This document shows, one piece after another, positions 55,142 through 64,000 of a stretch of 64,000 nucleotides of DNA. Within the stretch, counting starts at the first letter, position 1. Every line of letters begins with the position of its first letter. Source of the DNA: Candidatus Aenigmatarchaeota archaeon (GTDB taxonomy: Archaea > Aenigmatarchaeota > Aenigmatarchaeia > CG10238-14 > SCSR01). The notes under the pieces are model-generated. The model was not told the DNA's origin and searched no databases. It saw nothing but the letters and a program-made list of their open reading frames with translations. The stretch spans positions 143,212 through 207,211 of the forward strand of contig JAUWZS010000001.1 in the NCBI GenBank assembly GCA_030615205.1, written 5' to 3'. The translations under genes were made by a program, and so were the position numbers.

Positions 55142-55590
55142 ACTATCGCCCCCCTATAAATCGCCTTGTCACCATATTTGCCAAGCATGTTCTTCCACTG
55201 AACCAAAAACAAGTCTGCAATAGGATATAGTACTCTACCACATAGAGAGGGTTCTTCAATCCTACAGATACTTTCTATGTAAACAACTTTAGAATTAAAA
55301 AACAATTTCCCTAGATAGCAGGCTGGTACCGCTACCCCAGCTCCAGTCGTCATTATCACATCTGGTTTTTCCTTAAGTAGAATCCTAAAGCTCTGATATA
55401 CGCACTTCAAGAATTTTATTACATTCCTACTTGGATTTTCTACGAAGTAGACTTTTTCTCTTTTTCCCAGCTCGGTAGTATCCACTCTTTTGAATGTAAT
55501 GAAAAAATGGGGATATTTAGAGTAACATTTTTTAATATGTAATACCTCTGTGAGATGACCTCCTGCAGAGCAAGCAACGCAGATTTTCAT
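55138..55590 (-). CDS. Alg14-like glycosyltransferase partner subunit
   Basis: MKICVACSAGGHLTEVL. 4-nt overlap with the Alg13-like gene. ATG at 55590; the track start 55632 is TTG. Confidence 0.75.
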   Translation of the reverse strand: MKICVACSAGGHLTEVLHIKKCYSKYPHFFITFKRVDTTELGKREKVYFVENPSRNVIKFLKCVYQSFRILLKEKPDVIMTTGAGVAVPACYLGKLFFNSKVVYIESICRIEEPSLCGRVLYPIADLFLVQWKNMLGKYGDKAIYRGAIV

Positions 55591-55676
55591 AAAACCACTA
55601 GCTTTTTTCCAATTCTTTTCACAAAATTCCAATAATCATCTTTAATAAATAATTAAGTAAAGGATAAAAGTATTAT

Positions 55677-56330
55677 ATGCCAAGACCAGAATTATTAAAA
55701 AAGTTAAAAGATCTTTTGGCGAACGAAGATTTCAAAAGAATTTTAGATGTTGGTGGAACACAGGAAACCTATGATTTTTTACGGAAAACCTTTCCTTCGT
55801 CCGAAATTTTTTCCATAAATATAGAAGAATCACACCTCCCGAAAGAAGATAACGCAACACTAGCGAATGCAGAGGAGCTACCATTCAAAAAGAATTATTT
55901 CGATTTAATATTTGCAAAAGAAGTTCTTGAACACATATTTAGACCAGATAAGTTCATTGATGAAGTAAAGAGAACGCTAAAAAACGGTGGTAAGATAGTT
56001 CTTTCTACCCCAAATTTGAATTCTTGGCACATAAGATTGTTGATCTTATTCGGTTATGCTCCAACTAATTATACCCCCTACCCTGGGAAGACCTATGGTA
56101 TACCCAAGTTCTTCAAAACTAAACCGATCTTCGACCATGTAAGAGTCTTTCCTTACAAGGCTTTAGAGAAAATTTTCAATTCAGGCGGGTTTGTGCTGGA
56201 AGATATAAAAGGAGTAATGACCTATTCAGAAGCTACTTGGTTGTGTAGATGGAGAAAACTAATTGGGATGTTTCTTCCAAATAAATGGAAGGAGGGCATT
56301 GTACTTAAAGCAATGCTTATTAAGAATTAA
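55677..56330 (+). CDS. Class I SAM methyltransferase (Methyltransf_11-like)
   Basis: ILDVGGTQETYDFL, FDLIFAKEVLEHI, GGKIVLSTPN. Confidence 0.8.
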   Translation: MPRPELLKKLKDLLANEDFKRILDVGGTQETYDFLRKTFPSSEIFSINIEESHLPKEDNATLANAEELPFKKNYFDLIFAKEVLEHIFRPDKFIDEVKRTLKNGGKIVLSTPNLNSWHIRLLILFGYAPTNYTPYPGKTYGIPKFFKTKPIFDHVRVFPYKALEKIFNSGGFVLEDIKGVMTYSEATWLCRWRKLIGMFLPNKWKEGIVLKAMLIKN

Positions 56331-56366
56331 AAATCTCTTGTATAGAAATTAATTATAGATGGTAAA

Positions 56367-57929
56367 ATGAATTCAAAATTCCTCTCGAATCTGGTTATTA
56401 ATAATAAAATTGAACTGTCTATAGCAATATTAACTTTATTTATCTTTTCAATCAATATATTAGATTTCCCATTCCAAGGAGAGATATATTATGCTTATAT
56501 TGGACAAGAATTACTGAGATTAAATCCCGTATTCTCAACCAGTATAGCAGTTAAGCCACCGATAGTTTATTTTTTTGACGCATTTCTGATGAAGTCGTTC
56601 TTCTTTTTACCAAATTATTTAGCCATAAGAATAGGAATGCTAATCTTAAGCTCTGTTAGTATGGTATTATTCTATAAGGTTCTGAAAAAAATTACACGCA
56701 ACAATCTAATTCCTATATTTTCGATATTAATTACTTTGAGCTTCGTGTATTTTATTCAGGACTCTTTGAACAGCGGTCTAAAACCAATAATATTATTTTT
56801 TATATTCCTAGAATTTTTATTTCTATTTAAAAAGAACTATTTTATTTCAGGCTTTTTTGCATCTTTATGTTTTATGACGTGGCAACCCAGCGGATTGCTC
56901 ATCTTCGGTCCCATTGTCTATTGCTTTTTGAATAAAGACTGTACAAAAAAATACTTCAAGATTCTGATAGGCTTCAGCATACCATTAGTTCTAATAATTT
57001 TCTATTTCTTTTTCAATGGTTTGTTAGCCAAATTTATAGAGTATGTATTTGTTTTTCCTCTTACACTTAACCTTGGGCGTTTTGAATTGTTGAAATGGCT
57101 AAAATTCAAGGGGTTATTTGGATACTATAACACAGAACTGATATTTATCCTGTTCTCTCTTTTTGGCGTATCTTTGGTATTATTTGAATTAATCAAAAGA
57201 TTCAAGAGCAAGAAAATTTTGCCATACATCAAACAAAATAAAAAAGCAATTTCCTTCATATTCCCATTTTTCTTGATATTTTTATATTCTATTTTCGATT
57301 TTCAAGGGAGTGATGATGTAATTATTTTGCTTCCTGCTATTTCATTGTTTACTGCCTTGTTCTTGAGCAAAGTTAGCAAAAAAATAACAGTGCCATTAGT
57401 TGTATGCTTTATACTCCTTTATGGGTTTATTCCATACTTACAGCCTGTTTATCCGGAAAACCCCTTCATAACTGATTCAAAAGAAGTCAAAAATATAGAG
57501 GGTTTATTTGAGGTTGCCCACAATTACAGCGTGCCCGAGTTAATCTATTTCTCTCTTTTCCACCGTAAAGGTGAAGAAATGACACTTGAACATCAAATGA
57601 AAATGGCTGAATATATAAGGAGCAACACAGCGGACGATGAAAAAATATTTTCTATGGGAGCACCCGAGTTGCTATTTCTCTCAAATAGAAGAAACATCAA
57701 CGAGTATTTCTACTTGACGGCGGGATACTACAAATATGTAGAGAAAATGGGGTTTTCAGAGGACCTGAGAGAGGATTTCATAGAAGAATCCCCGAAATTT
57801 ATCGTATCAAGAAACGTATGGATGAACGAAAGAGTCATCGACACCCTTGATATCAGAGAAGAAATTGAAGATAATTATATAGAAGTTTATTTTCATCCAG
57901 AATATGTTATATGGGAGCGAAAAAAATGA
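56367..57929 (+). CDS. Polytopic membrane protein with soluble C-terminal domain; possible GT-C glycosyltransferase or glycan polymerase
   Basis: About 11 TM followed by an acidic ~150-aa tail, inside the glycan island. No firm motif. Confidence 0.4.
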   Translation: MNSKFLSNLVINNKIELSIAILTLFIFSINILDFPFQGEIYYAYIGQELLRLNPVFSTSIAVKPPIVYFFDAFLMKSFFFLPNYLAIRIGMLILSSVSMVLFYKVLKKITRNNLIPIFSILITLSFVYFIQDSLNSGLKPIILFFIFLEFLFLFKKNYFISGFFASLCFMTWQPSGLLIFGPIVYCFLNKDCTKKYFKILIGFSIPLVLIIFYFFFNGLLAKFIEYVFVFPLTLNLGRFELLKWLKFKGLFGYYNTELIFILFSLFGVSLVLFELIKRFKSKKILPYIKQNKKAISFIFPFFLIFLYSIFDFQGSDDVIILLPAISLFTALFLSKVSKKITVPLVVCFILLYGFIPYLQPVYPENPFITDSKEVKNIEGLFEVAHNYSVPELIYFSLFHRKGEEMTLEHQMKMAEYIRSNTADDEKIFSMGAPELLFLSNRRNINEYFYLTAGYYKYVEKMGFSEDLREDFIEESPKFIVSRNVWMNERVIDTLDIREEIEDNYIEVYFHPEYVIWERKK

Positions 57930-57955
57930 AATTGAAAGAAAAAATGGTGTGAATA

Positions 57956-58090
57956 ATGAAAAAACTCCCATTAGTACTATGTTATAAAGATGTAGAAATC
58001 GGACTGGAGAAAGTTAAGAAGCTTATGGGAAAGAAAGGAGTAAACTACCACCACCCAAAAGAGGAGGTATCCTTTAGGTGTAAAAGATGA
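57956..58090 (+). CDS. 44-codon leader-like small ORF whose TGA overlaps the ATG of the next GT4 gene
   Basis: Hand translation: MKKLPLVLCYKDVEIGLEKVKKLMGKKGVNYHHPKEEVSFRCKR*. ATGA overlap at 58087-58090. Confidence 0.25.
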   Translation: MKKLPLVLCYKDVEIGLEKVKKLMGKKGVNYHHPKEEVSFRCKR

Positions 58091-59202
58091 AAAAAGTTTT
58101 AGTCGTTTCAAGAGGTTACAGCCCGTTTTCGGGGGGCGCAGCAGTTTATATTTATTCTATTCTTAGAAGAACAAAAAAACATAAATATTTAGTTTTGGCC
58201 AATCTTGCGAAACTATCATTTAAAAATTATATAAAAAACCCAAAAAATGTTAAATTGGAATATTGCCACCTCCCAAGGATAAGATATCTAAATGCCTCTT
58301 TATTTGTGATTTATTCATTCTTTTCATCTTTACTAAAAGAATTTGATTGTATAGTTGGGAATGAGCTTGTTGGTAGCATCGCGGCCCTTTTTATTCATTT
58401 TGTGAAAAGAAGACCACTCGTTTCGATTATACATAATGTTTCATATGAAGGTATGCTAAAATTCGTTCGTCGTTCTTTTTTGAAGATGATATTCGATTCA
58501 TCGAGTGTGATAATCGTCAACGGAAAGAAATTAGAAGATGATATATACAAGAGTTTTGGAGATTGTTATAAACAGAAGATTATAAAGATACTCCCTGGAG
58601 TTGAAGTCCTCCCATTTGAAAAGATAGAACTTCCAAAAAGGCATGTAGTTTTATTTGTCGGGGCTATTTACGGTCATAAGAAAGGATTAGAATATATAAT
58701 AGAAGCATTCTCAGAAGTTTTGAAAGTATTTGATAGCGAACTGTGGATAGTCGGATCAAGCAAAAATAACAAGTTTTACAACTCTTTGAAAAATTTGGCA
58801 AAAAGGCTAAAAATAAAAGAAAGTGTCAAATTCATTGGTAGAGTGAAAAACGTTTTCAGTTACTATGATGTATGTGACGTTTTTGTTTTAGCCAGCTATT
58901 CAGAATCCGAAACTTTTGGAATACCGTGTATAGAAGCGAGCGCTATGGGAAAACCCGTAGTCACAACCGATATATGTGAAAAAAGTGGCGCCATGATTGA
59001 TGGAAAAACCGGTATTGTAGTACCTAGGAAAAATTCAAAAAAAATAGCAGAAGCAATAATAAAACTTCTAAAAGATAAAAAATTAAGAATTAAATTGGGA
59101 AAAAATGGTAAGATGTATACCAAAAAGTTTAGCTGGAATAAGTCAACTAAAAGGCTTGAAGATATTATAAAGAAGGTTATAATGGATGAAGGAGAAAATT
59201 AA
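58087..59202 (+). CDS. GT4-family glycosyltransferase
   Basis: SESETFGIPCIEASAMGKPVV (E-x7-E). Confidence 0.85.
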   Translation: MKKVLVVSRGYSPFSGGAAVYIYSILRRTKKHKYLVLANLAKLSFKNYIKNPKNVKLEYCHLPRIRYLNASLFVIYSFFSSLLKEFDCIVGNELVGSIAALFIHFVKRRPLVSIIHNVSYEGMLKFVRRSFLKMIFDSSSVIIVNGKKLEDDIYKSFGDCYKQKIIKILPGVEVLPFEKIELPKRHVVLFVGAIYGHKKGLEYIIEAFSEVLKVFDSELWIVGSSKNNKFYNSLKNLAKRLKIKESVKFIGRVKNVFSYYDVCDVFVLASYSESETFGIPCIEASAMGKPVVTTDICEKSGAMIDGKTGIVVPRKNSKKIAEAIIKLLKDKKLRIKLGKNGKMYTKKFSWNKSTKRLEDIIKKVIMDEGEN

Positions 59203-59338
59203 ATATTAAAAAAATGGTTTCGATAAAATCGACGAGGGTTAATGTTATAGAATGGGGGGATTTGGGAAGGAAATAAAAAAGAACACACCGTTAGGAATCG
59301 ATTCTAAGTTTAAATGTCATATCATACTTTAATATATT

Positions 59339-60307
59339 ATGAAAATCTTAATAACAGGTGGGGCTGGATTTATAGGGTTTCATCTTAGCAAAAAATTGAT
59401 AGATGCGGGGGACGAAGTTATAATATACGACGCACTTCTTAATTTTATAGATCCTGGAAAAAGTCTCCATGATAAATATCTCAAAATACGGTTGAACTAT
59501 CTAAAAGATAAAACTACAATAATAAGAGGCGATATAAGACACAAAGTCTGTTTATTTAGAGTTCTAAAAGAACATGAACCAGAAGTTGTTGTACATCTCG
59601 CAGCATTGCCTATTGCAACCGTCTCTAATAAATTCTCAGAGGATGCTATTAGTATCAACTTAAATGGAACAATGAATGTTTTGGAATTAATAAGACTATG
59701 TGATTCTGTAAAGAAATTTGTATATGCATCTTCAAGTATGGTGTATGGTAATTTTGAAAAACCAACTGCGAATGAAAATCATCCAACAAATCCTTTGGGT
59801 GTTTACGGAGCCACAAAATTGAGTGGAGAAATATTAACAAAAGTTTATGGAAAACAGTATGGTATATCATATACTATAATAAGACCTTCTGCAGTCTACG
59901 GACCTACTGATTCTAATAGACGAGTAAGTCAGATATTTGTGGAGAATGGTTTGTTAAAAAAACCACTTATACTCCATAATGGAGGATCATCAAAACTTGA
60001 TTTTAGTTTTGTAGAGGATGTTGCAGATGGGTTTCTTCTTGCAATAAAATCTAAAAAAGCAGAAAATGAGATATTCAATATAACAAGGGGAGAAGCAAGA
60101 TCATTGAAGGAATTCGTCGATATATTGAAAAAATATATCCCTAATATACAAATACGATGTGAACAGGCAGATTTTAAAAGACCAGAAAGAGGAACATTAG
60201 ATATAACAAAAGCAAGGAAACTCCTTAATTATAATCCAAAATATTCACTCGAGGAAGGTCTTAAAATATATGTTGATTTCGTTAGAAAACATATTACCAA
60301 CCAATAA
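59339..60307 (+). CDS. NAD-dependent sugar epimerase/dehydratase (extended SDR)
   Basis: ITGGAGFIGFHL, YGATKLSGE. Confidence 0.85.
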   Translation: MKILITGGAGFIGFHLSKKLIDAGDEVIIYDALLNFIDPGKSLHDKYLKIRLNYLKDKTTIIRGDIRHKVCLFRVLKEHEPEVVVHLAALPIATVSNKFSEDAISINLNGTMNVLELIRLCDSVKKFVYASSSMVYGNFEKPTANENHPTNPLGVYGATKLSGEILTKVYGKQYGISYTIIRPSAVYGPTDSNRRVSQIFVENGLLKKPLILHNGGSSKLDFSFVEDVADGFLLAIKSKKAENEIFNITRGEARSLKEFVDILKKYIPNIQIRCEQADFKRPERGTLDITKARKLLNYNPKYSLEEGLKIYVDFVRKHITNQ

Positions 60308-60366
60308 GATTGATCAAAAATTATTAAAAACCTTAGCAGATAGTGAAAAGAAATAGTGTAATATAC

Positions 60367-61482
60367 ATGATACCATTGGCCAAACCATATATAGATGAAA
60401 GGGAGATTTCAGCAGTCGTTGAAGTATTAAAATCAGGATGGTTAACCCACGGCCCAAAAGTAAAAGAATTTGAAAGAATGTTTGCAGAGTATATAGGAAC
60501 AAAATATGCCATTGCAGTGAATTCATGTACATCTGCACTCCAGCTTGTAATGGAGGTATTAAATATAAAAGGTGAAGTGATACTACCTAGTTTTACATTT
60601 GTTGCATCAGCAAATGCCATTGTAACTTCAGGTGCAATACCAATTTTTGTGGATATAGTAGAAGATACATATAACATCGATCCTAATAAAATTGAAGAGA
60701 GAATAAACAAAAGAACTCAGGCAATCATGCCCGTTCATTTTGCAGGCCATCCATGTGATATGAAACCGATAATGGAAATTGCAGAAAAACATAACCTACA
60801 TGTTATTGAAGATTCTGCAGAGTGTATAGGGGGACTTTATAACAACAAAAAAACAGGATCTTTTGGTATAGGTTGTTTTTCATTCTTTCCCACAAAGAAT
60901 ATAACAACTGGAGAGGGCGGTATAATAACCACAAATGATGATTCGTTAGAAGAAAGGATAAAGATTCTAAGGGCACATGGAATACCATCGATGACACATG
61001 AAAGAGAAAAAAGTAAAAAACCTTGGTTAAGATCTGCAACTGAAGCTGGTTACAACTTTAGAATGTGTGACATAAATGCTGCTATAGGAATTGAGCAGAT
61101 GAAAAAAATAGATGATATGAATAAAAAAAGAATAGAGGTTGCGAGATATCTAAGCAAAAAACTAACTAATAACAAAATAACTAAGCCAACTATCCATAAG
61201 AATTGTAGGCATGTTTTCCAAATATATGTAATAATGCTTGATACATCAATCAATAGGATTGATTTTATAAAAAAAGTTATGGAAAAAGATATACAGGCAA
61301 GTGTTCATTTTGATCCTCCTGTACATTTACAGCCGTATTACACTAATATAGGGTGGAAAAAGGGAGATCTCCCAATAACAGAACATGTTTCTGAGCATGT
61401 TGTTACACTCCCATTGTTTCCATCTATAACAAAAAGGGATTTAGATTTTATTTCACAAATAATAAATTCTATTCTGGCGTAG
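60367..61482 (+). CDS. DegT/DnrJ/EryC1/StrS-family PLP sugar aminotransferase
   Basis: FSFFPTKNITTGEGG (catalytic Lys), NFRMCDINAAIGIEQ. Confidence 0.88.
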   Translation: MIPLAKPYIDEREISAVVEVLKSGWLTHGPKVKEFERMFAEYIGTKYAIAVNSCTSALQLVMEVLNIKGEVILPSFTFVASANAIVTSGAIPIFVDIVEDTYNIDPNKIEERINKRTQAIMPVHFAGHPCDMKPIMEIAEKHNLHVIEDSAECIGGLYNNKKTGSFGIGCFSFFPTKNITTGEGGIITTNDDSLEERIKILRAHGIPSMTHEREKSKKPWLRSATEAGYNFRMCDINAAIGIEQMKKIDDMNKKRIEVARYLSKKLTNNKITKPTIHKNCRHVFQIYVIMLDTSINRIDFIKKVMEKDIQASVHFDPPVHLQPYYTNIGWKKGDLPITEHVSEHVVTLPLFPSITKRDLDFISQIINSILA

Positions 61483-61487
61483 ATAAT

Positions 61488-62756
61488 ATGTTTAAAAGTT
61501 TAATTCCTTACACAACACCAGAAATCGATCCACAAGCAATTTTCATAATTATCAAAAACATATCTGAAGGAAATATTAAAGAAGGAAAAAATATCAAAAA
61601 ATTTGAGAAAAAAATTGCAGAGTATATAGGAACAAAATATGCGATTACAGTTGCTTCAGGGAGAGCTGCATTATATCATGTTTATAAATTTTTTCTTCAG
61701 AAAAACAAACGTGTAATATTACCTTCATATACATGTATTCCTGCAATAGATGCTGCTAGGTGGGGAGGAGGAATACCATATTTTCTGGATATAGATTTAG
61801 ATTCGTATAATCCAAAATTTGATAAATCAGTAAAAAAAGTGAAAAATATCGGCGCGATCTCTCTTAGTTATTTATACGGTCTTGTTGGAAATATCGAACC
61901 TTTTTTAGATTATGCAAAAGAAAATAACATACCAATAATAGAGGATTCTGCCATAGCACTAGGAGCTTCTTATAAAAACAAAAAAGCAGGAGCAATTGGA
62001 GAAGCGGGAATTTTCAGCCTACAAGAATCAAAAATATTTACTTCTCGGAGAGGGGGCGTTATAACAACTAACAATAAAGAATTATATGGATATGTCAAAG
62101 ATATAGTGAATAATCAGAAATTCCCATCTACGCCAAAACTCATATTCAATCTAATATTTTCATATAAAAGAAGTCTTTGTTCAGATCCTATGATTTACGG
62201 TTCTACAATGTACCCTTTAAAAAGGATAATGACATCTAAAAGCCTAAAATCTCTTCTAGAAAATATTATGGAATTTAACCCGTTAGAGTCGATAGATGGG
62301 AGAAGTCCAGAATTAATGCTAGAGAGCGATAAATTTAAGTTCACAAATATACAGGCATCTATTGCTTTATCTTCATTCAGAAAAATAGAGAAAATAATTG
62401 AAAAAAGAAGAGGATTGGCAAAAATATTATCAGACGAATTAAAGGATCTAGGAGTCCACATACCTAAAGAAACAAGAGGGGTTACCCACGCCTATGGAAG
62501 ATTTCCAATAAGAATTCCTGGAAAAAATAAGTTTAAACTTCAAAAATACTTTTTAAGTAAAGGTATAGAGACTTCCCTGAACTACCCATATATTATCCCA
62601 AAAACAAAATTTATGCTAAAATATAAATTTAATGAAAAGAATTATCCAAATGCAATTACTGCATCAAAAGAAACACTATTGTTACCATTTCACACACACC
62701 TAAAAGAAAAAGATTTGTTTATAATTATAAATGCAATAAAGGAGCTAATTAAATGA
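61488..62756 (+). CDS. Second, divergent DegT-family aminotransferase-like protein
   Basis: IFSLQESKIFTSRRGGVITT aligns to the Lys motif. Same fold pattern (ITVASGRAAL, IIEDSAIALGA). Confidence 0.7.
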   Translation: MFKSLIPYTTPEIDPQAIFIIIKNISEGNIKEGKNIKKFEKKIAEYIGTKYAITVASGRAALYHVYKFFLQKNKRVILPSYTCIPAIDAARWGGGIPYFLDIDLDSYNPKFDKSVKKVKNIGAISLSYLYGLVGNIEPFLDYAKENNIPIIEDSAIALGASYKNKKAGAIGEAGIFSLQESKIFTSRRGGVITTNNKELYGYVKDIVNNQKFPSTPKLIFNLIFSYKRSLCSDPMIYGSTMYPLKRIMTSKSLKSLLENIMEFNPLESIDGRSPELMLESDKFKFTNIQASIALSSFRKIEKIIEKRRGLAKILSDELKDLGVHIPKETRGVTHAYGRFPIRIPGKNKFKLQKYFLSKGIETSLNYPYIIPKTKFMLKYKFNEKNYPNAITASKETLLLPFHTHLKEKDLFIIINAIKELIK

Positions 62757-62762
62757 TTAGAT

Positions 62763-63107
62763 ATGATAACTACACAAAAAATAAGATTATTAAAAAATTC
62801 ATTTCCTGAAACATGGGTAAGAAAGATACCTCTTTTATTATTTCCAGCAGATACAATAAAGAAAAATGGTAGAGTTGTGGCAATCTGTACAACATTTAGA
62901 AAAAGAATCATTCTCTTATGCACAGATAAAAAATACAGGGGGCAAGGGTTAGCAAGTAAATTAATACAAAGAAGTGGGGCAGTAAAAACAGATACTTATT
63001 TTGGTAATGAAAAGGCTCTCAGAGTATGGATTAAAAATGGGTTCAGAATAAAAAAAATCGTGAATGGTCTCTTTGGGAAAAAATACATTCTAGTAAAAAA
63101 GAAATGA
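62763..63107 (+). CDS. Minimal GNAT-like acetyltransferase (114 aa)
   Basis: YRGQGLASKLI (R/Q-x-x-G-x-G/A acetyl-CoA loop), WIKNGFRI. Confidence 0.5.
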   Translation: MITTQKIRLLKNSFPETWVRKIPLLLFPADTIKKNGRVVAICTTFRKRIILLCTDKKYRGQGLASKLIQRSGAVKTDTYFGNEKALRVWIKNGFRIKKIVNGLFGKKYILVKKK

Positions 63108-63126
63108 TTATATCAATATTATAATA

Positions 63127-63834
63127 TTACTTTTTATCATACTTACCCGACCTAACTCTCCACCAAGCCATTATTATTTCTGGACCACCTTTTATAAATT
63201 TTGTATAGGTTCTATATTTTGTTTTACCACTTTTTCTATCTCTATGTCGCACAACAACTTCACCTATTTGCTTAGCACCTCTTCTGAGAGCTATAGGTAT
63301 TATATATCTGTGATCATTATCTACCAAATTCAAATTTTTAACTAACCCTGCTTTAAAACCAGTGAAGTTGCTTGCAGCGTCTAGTACAGGGCAATTGAAG
63401 AAAAATAGCATTGATAGGTTAAAAATTCTGGATGCCAACCTCAATGTGAGCTTATGTCTTCTATGTTCCCTTATACCATTTACTATATCGTAACCACTAT
63501 TCATTTTTTCAACAAAAAGTGGGATATCTTCTGGTAACAGTTGCAAATCACCATCAATTGTTATGATAAAATCACCTTTTGATCTATTAAACCCTGTTTT
63601 AAAACATCCTGTTTGTCCACTCCTTTTTTTTAATCTAATATACCTAAGATTTGAATTTCCTCTCAATAACGAGACTACAATCTTTTGTGTGTTATCTGTG
63701 CTCATATCATCAACTATTATATACTCCCAATCGTTTTTGTAATGTTTTTTCATCACATTTGTCGTTCTTGATATAAGCTCTTCTATAACATCTTCCTCGT
63801 TATGTACCGGTGAAATTACACTTATTTTTGTCAT
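63127..63834 (-). CDS. GT2 polyprenyl-phosphate glycosyltransferase (DPM1/GtrB-like)
   Basis: ISVISPVHNEEDVIEEL, VDDMSTDNT, IDGDLQ. Confidence 0.85.
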   Translation of the reverse strand: MTKISVISPVHNEEDVIEELISRTTNVMKKHYKNDWEYIIVDDMSTDNTQKIVVSLLRGNSNLRYIRLKKRSGQTGCFKTGFNRSKGDFIITIDGDLQLLPEDIPLFVEKMNSGYDIVNGIREHRRHKLTLRLASRIFNLSMLFFFNCPVLDAASNFTGFKAGLVKNLNLVDNDHRYIIPIALRRGAKQIGEVVVRHRDRKSGKTKYRTYTKFIKGGPEIIMAWWRVRSGKYDKK

Positions 63835-64000
63835 GTTTAATCCAACTCGATATCAGAACAAACATCTTGAACGAATTTGCCAAATAACTCCTTACATTGT
63901 CAATATAATTGTAAACTAATTCTATTTCAATTCTATTAAAGCTTCTTACCCATCTATTGATTGCCTTCTGCACCTTTTTTATGCTCTCGCACTTTCTGTT
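63797..64000 (-). CDS. Possible 3' end of a gene whose start lies beyond the window
   Basis: This is the only one of the three minus frames open from the window edge (...KKVQKAINRWVRSFNRIEIELVYNYIDNVRSYLANSFKMF...). It would overlap the next gene by about 38 nt, so it is weak. Confidence 0.2.

Overview
AT-rich archaeal chromosome segment. Archaeal hallmarks present: histone, RadA, RPA-type SSB, ribosomal proteins S3Ae and S15, GAN/RecJ-like DHH protein, Bud32 kinase, diphthine synthase, Trm5 and AglB/STT3. No bacterial hallmark genes seen. The lineage is probably a small-genome, DPANN-like uncultured archaeon (inference only). Layout: (i) 1-7.1 kb, minus strand: a type IV pilus-like operon with a secretion ATPase, a FlaJ/TadC-type platform and at least five ORFs with class III signal-peptide-like N-termini. 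Two of these are large and extremely Cys-rich. (ii) 7.2-13.5 kb: only uncharacterised genes, namely two coiled-coil proteins, a tandem array of six paralogous small polytopic membrane proteins and two other orphans. Blocks (i) and (ii) together are my best candidate for an undescribed cell-surface/envelope system. (iii) 13.5-21.5 kb: housekeeping genes, one tRNA-Leu(CAG), and an Isf-type flavoprotein gene interrupted by an in-frame TGA. (iv) 21.5-25.6 kb: a very AT-rich islet of orphan genes, including a wHTH regulator, a methyltransferase, two unannotated mini-ORFs and a candidate HEPN (RNxxxH) protein with a membrane partner. (v) 25.6-29.5 kb: RadA, RPA, histone. (vi) 29.5-64 kb: a glycosylation island of more than 34 kb anchored by aglB. 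It holds a CDP-hexose module, AglH plus Alg13/Alg14-like genes, a PseB/WbvB-like dehydratase with an RmlD-like reductase and a C-methyltransferase, two DegT aminotransferases plus a mini-GNAT, many GT2/GT4/GT-C enzymes and a Wzx flippase. It also carries an unusual radical-SAM module (two B12-binding rSAMs, one SPASM rSAM, a YkgJ-like Cys protein, a CE4 deacetylase, a methyltransferase) and decayed N-terminal remnants of rSAM genes. GC content drops sharply at about 39.2 kb, suggesting a mosaic or horizontally acquired distal half. No rRNA, CRISPR array, transposase or integrase was recognised.
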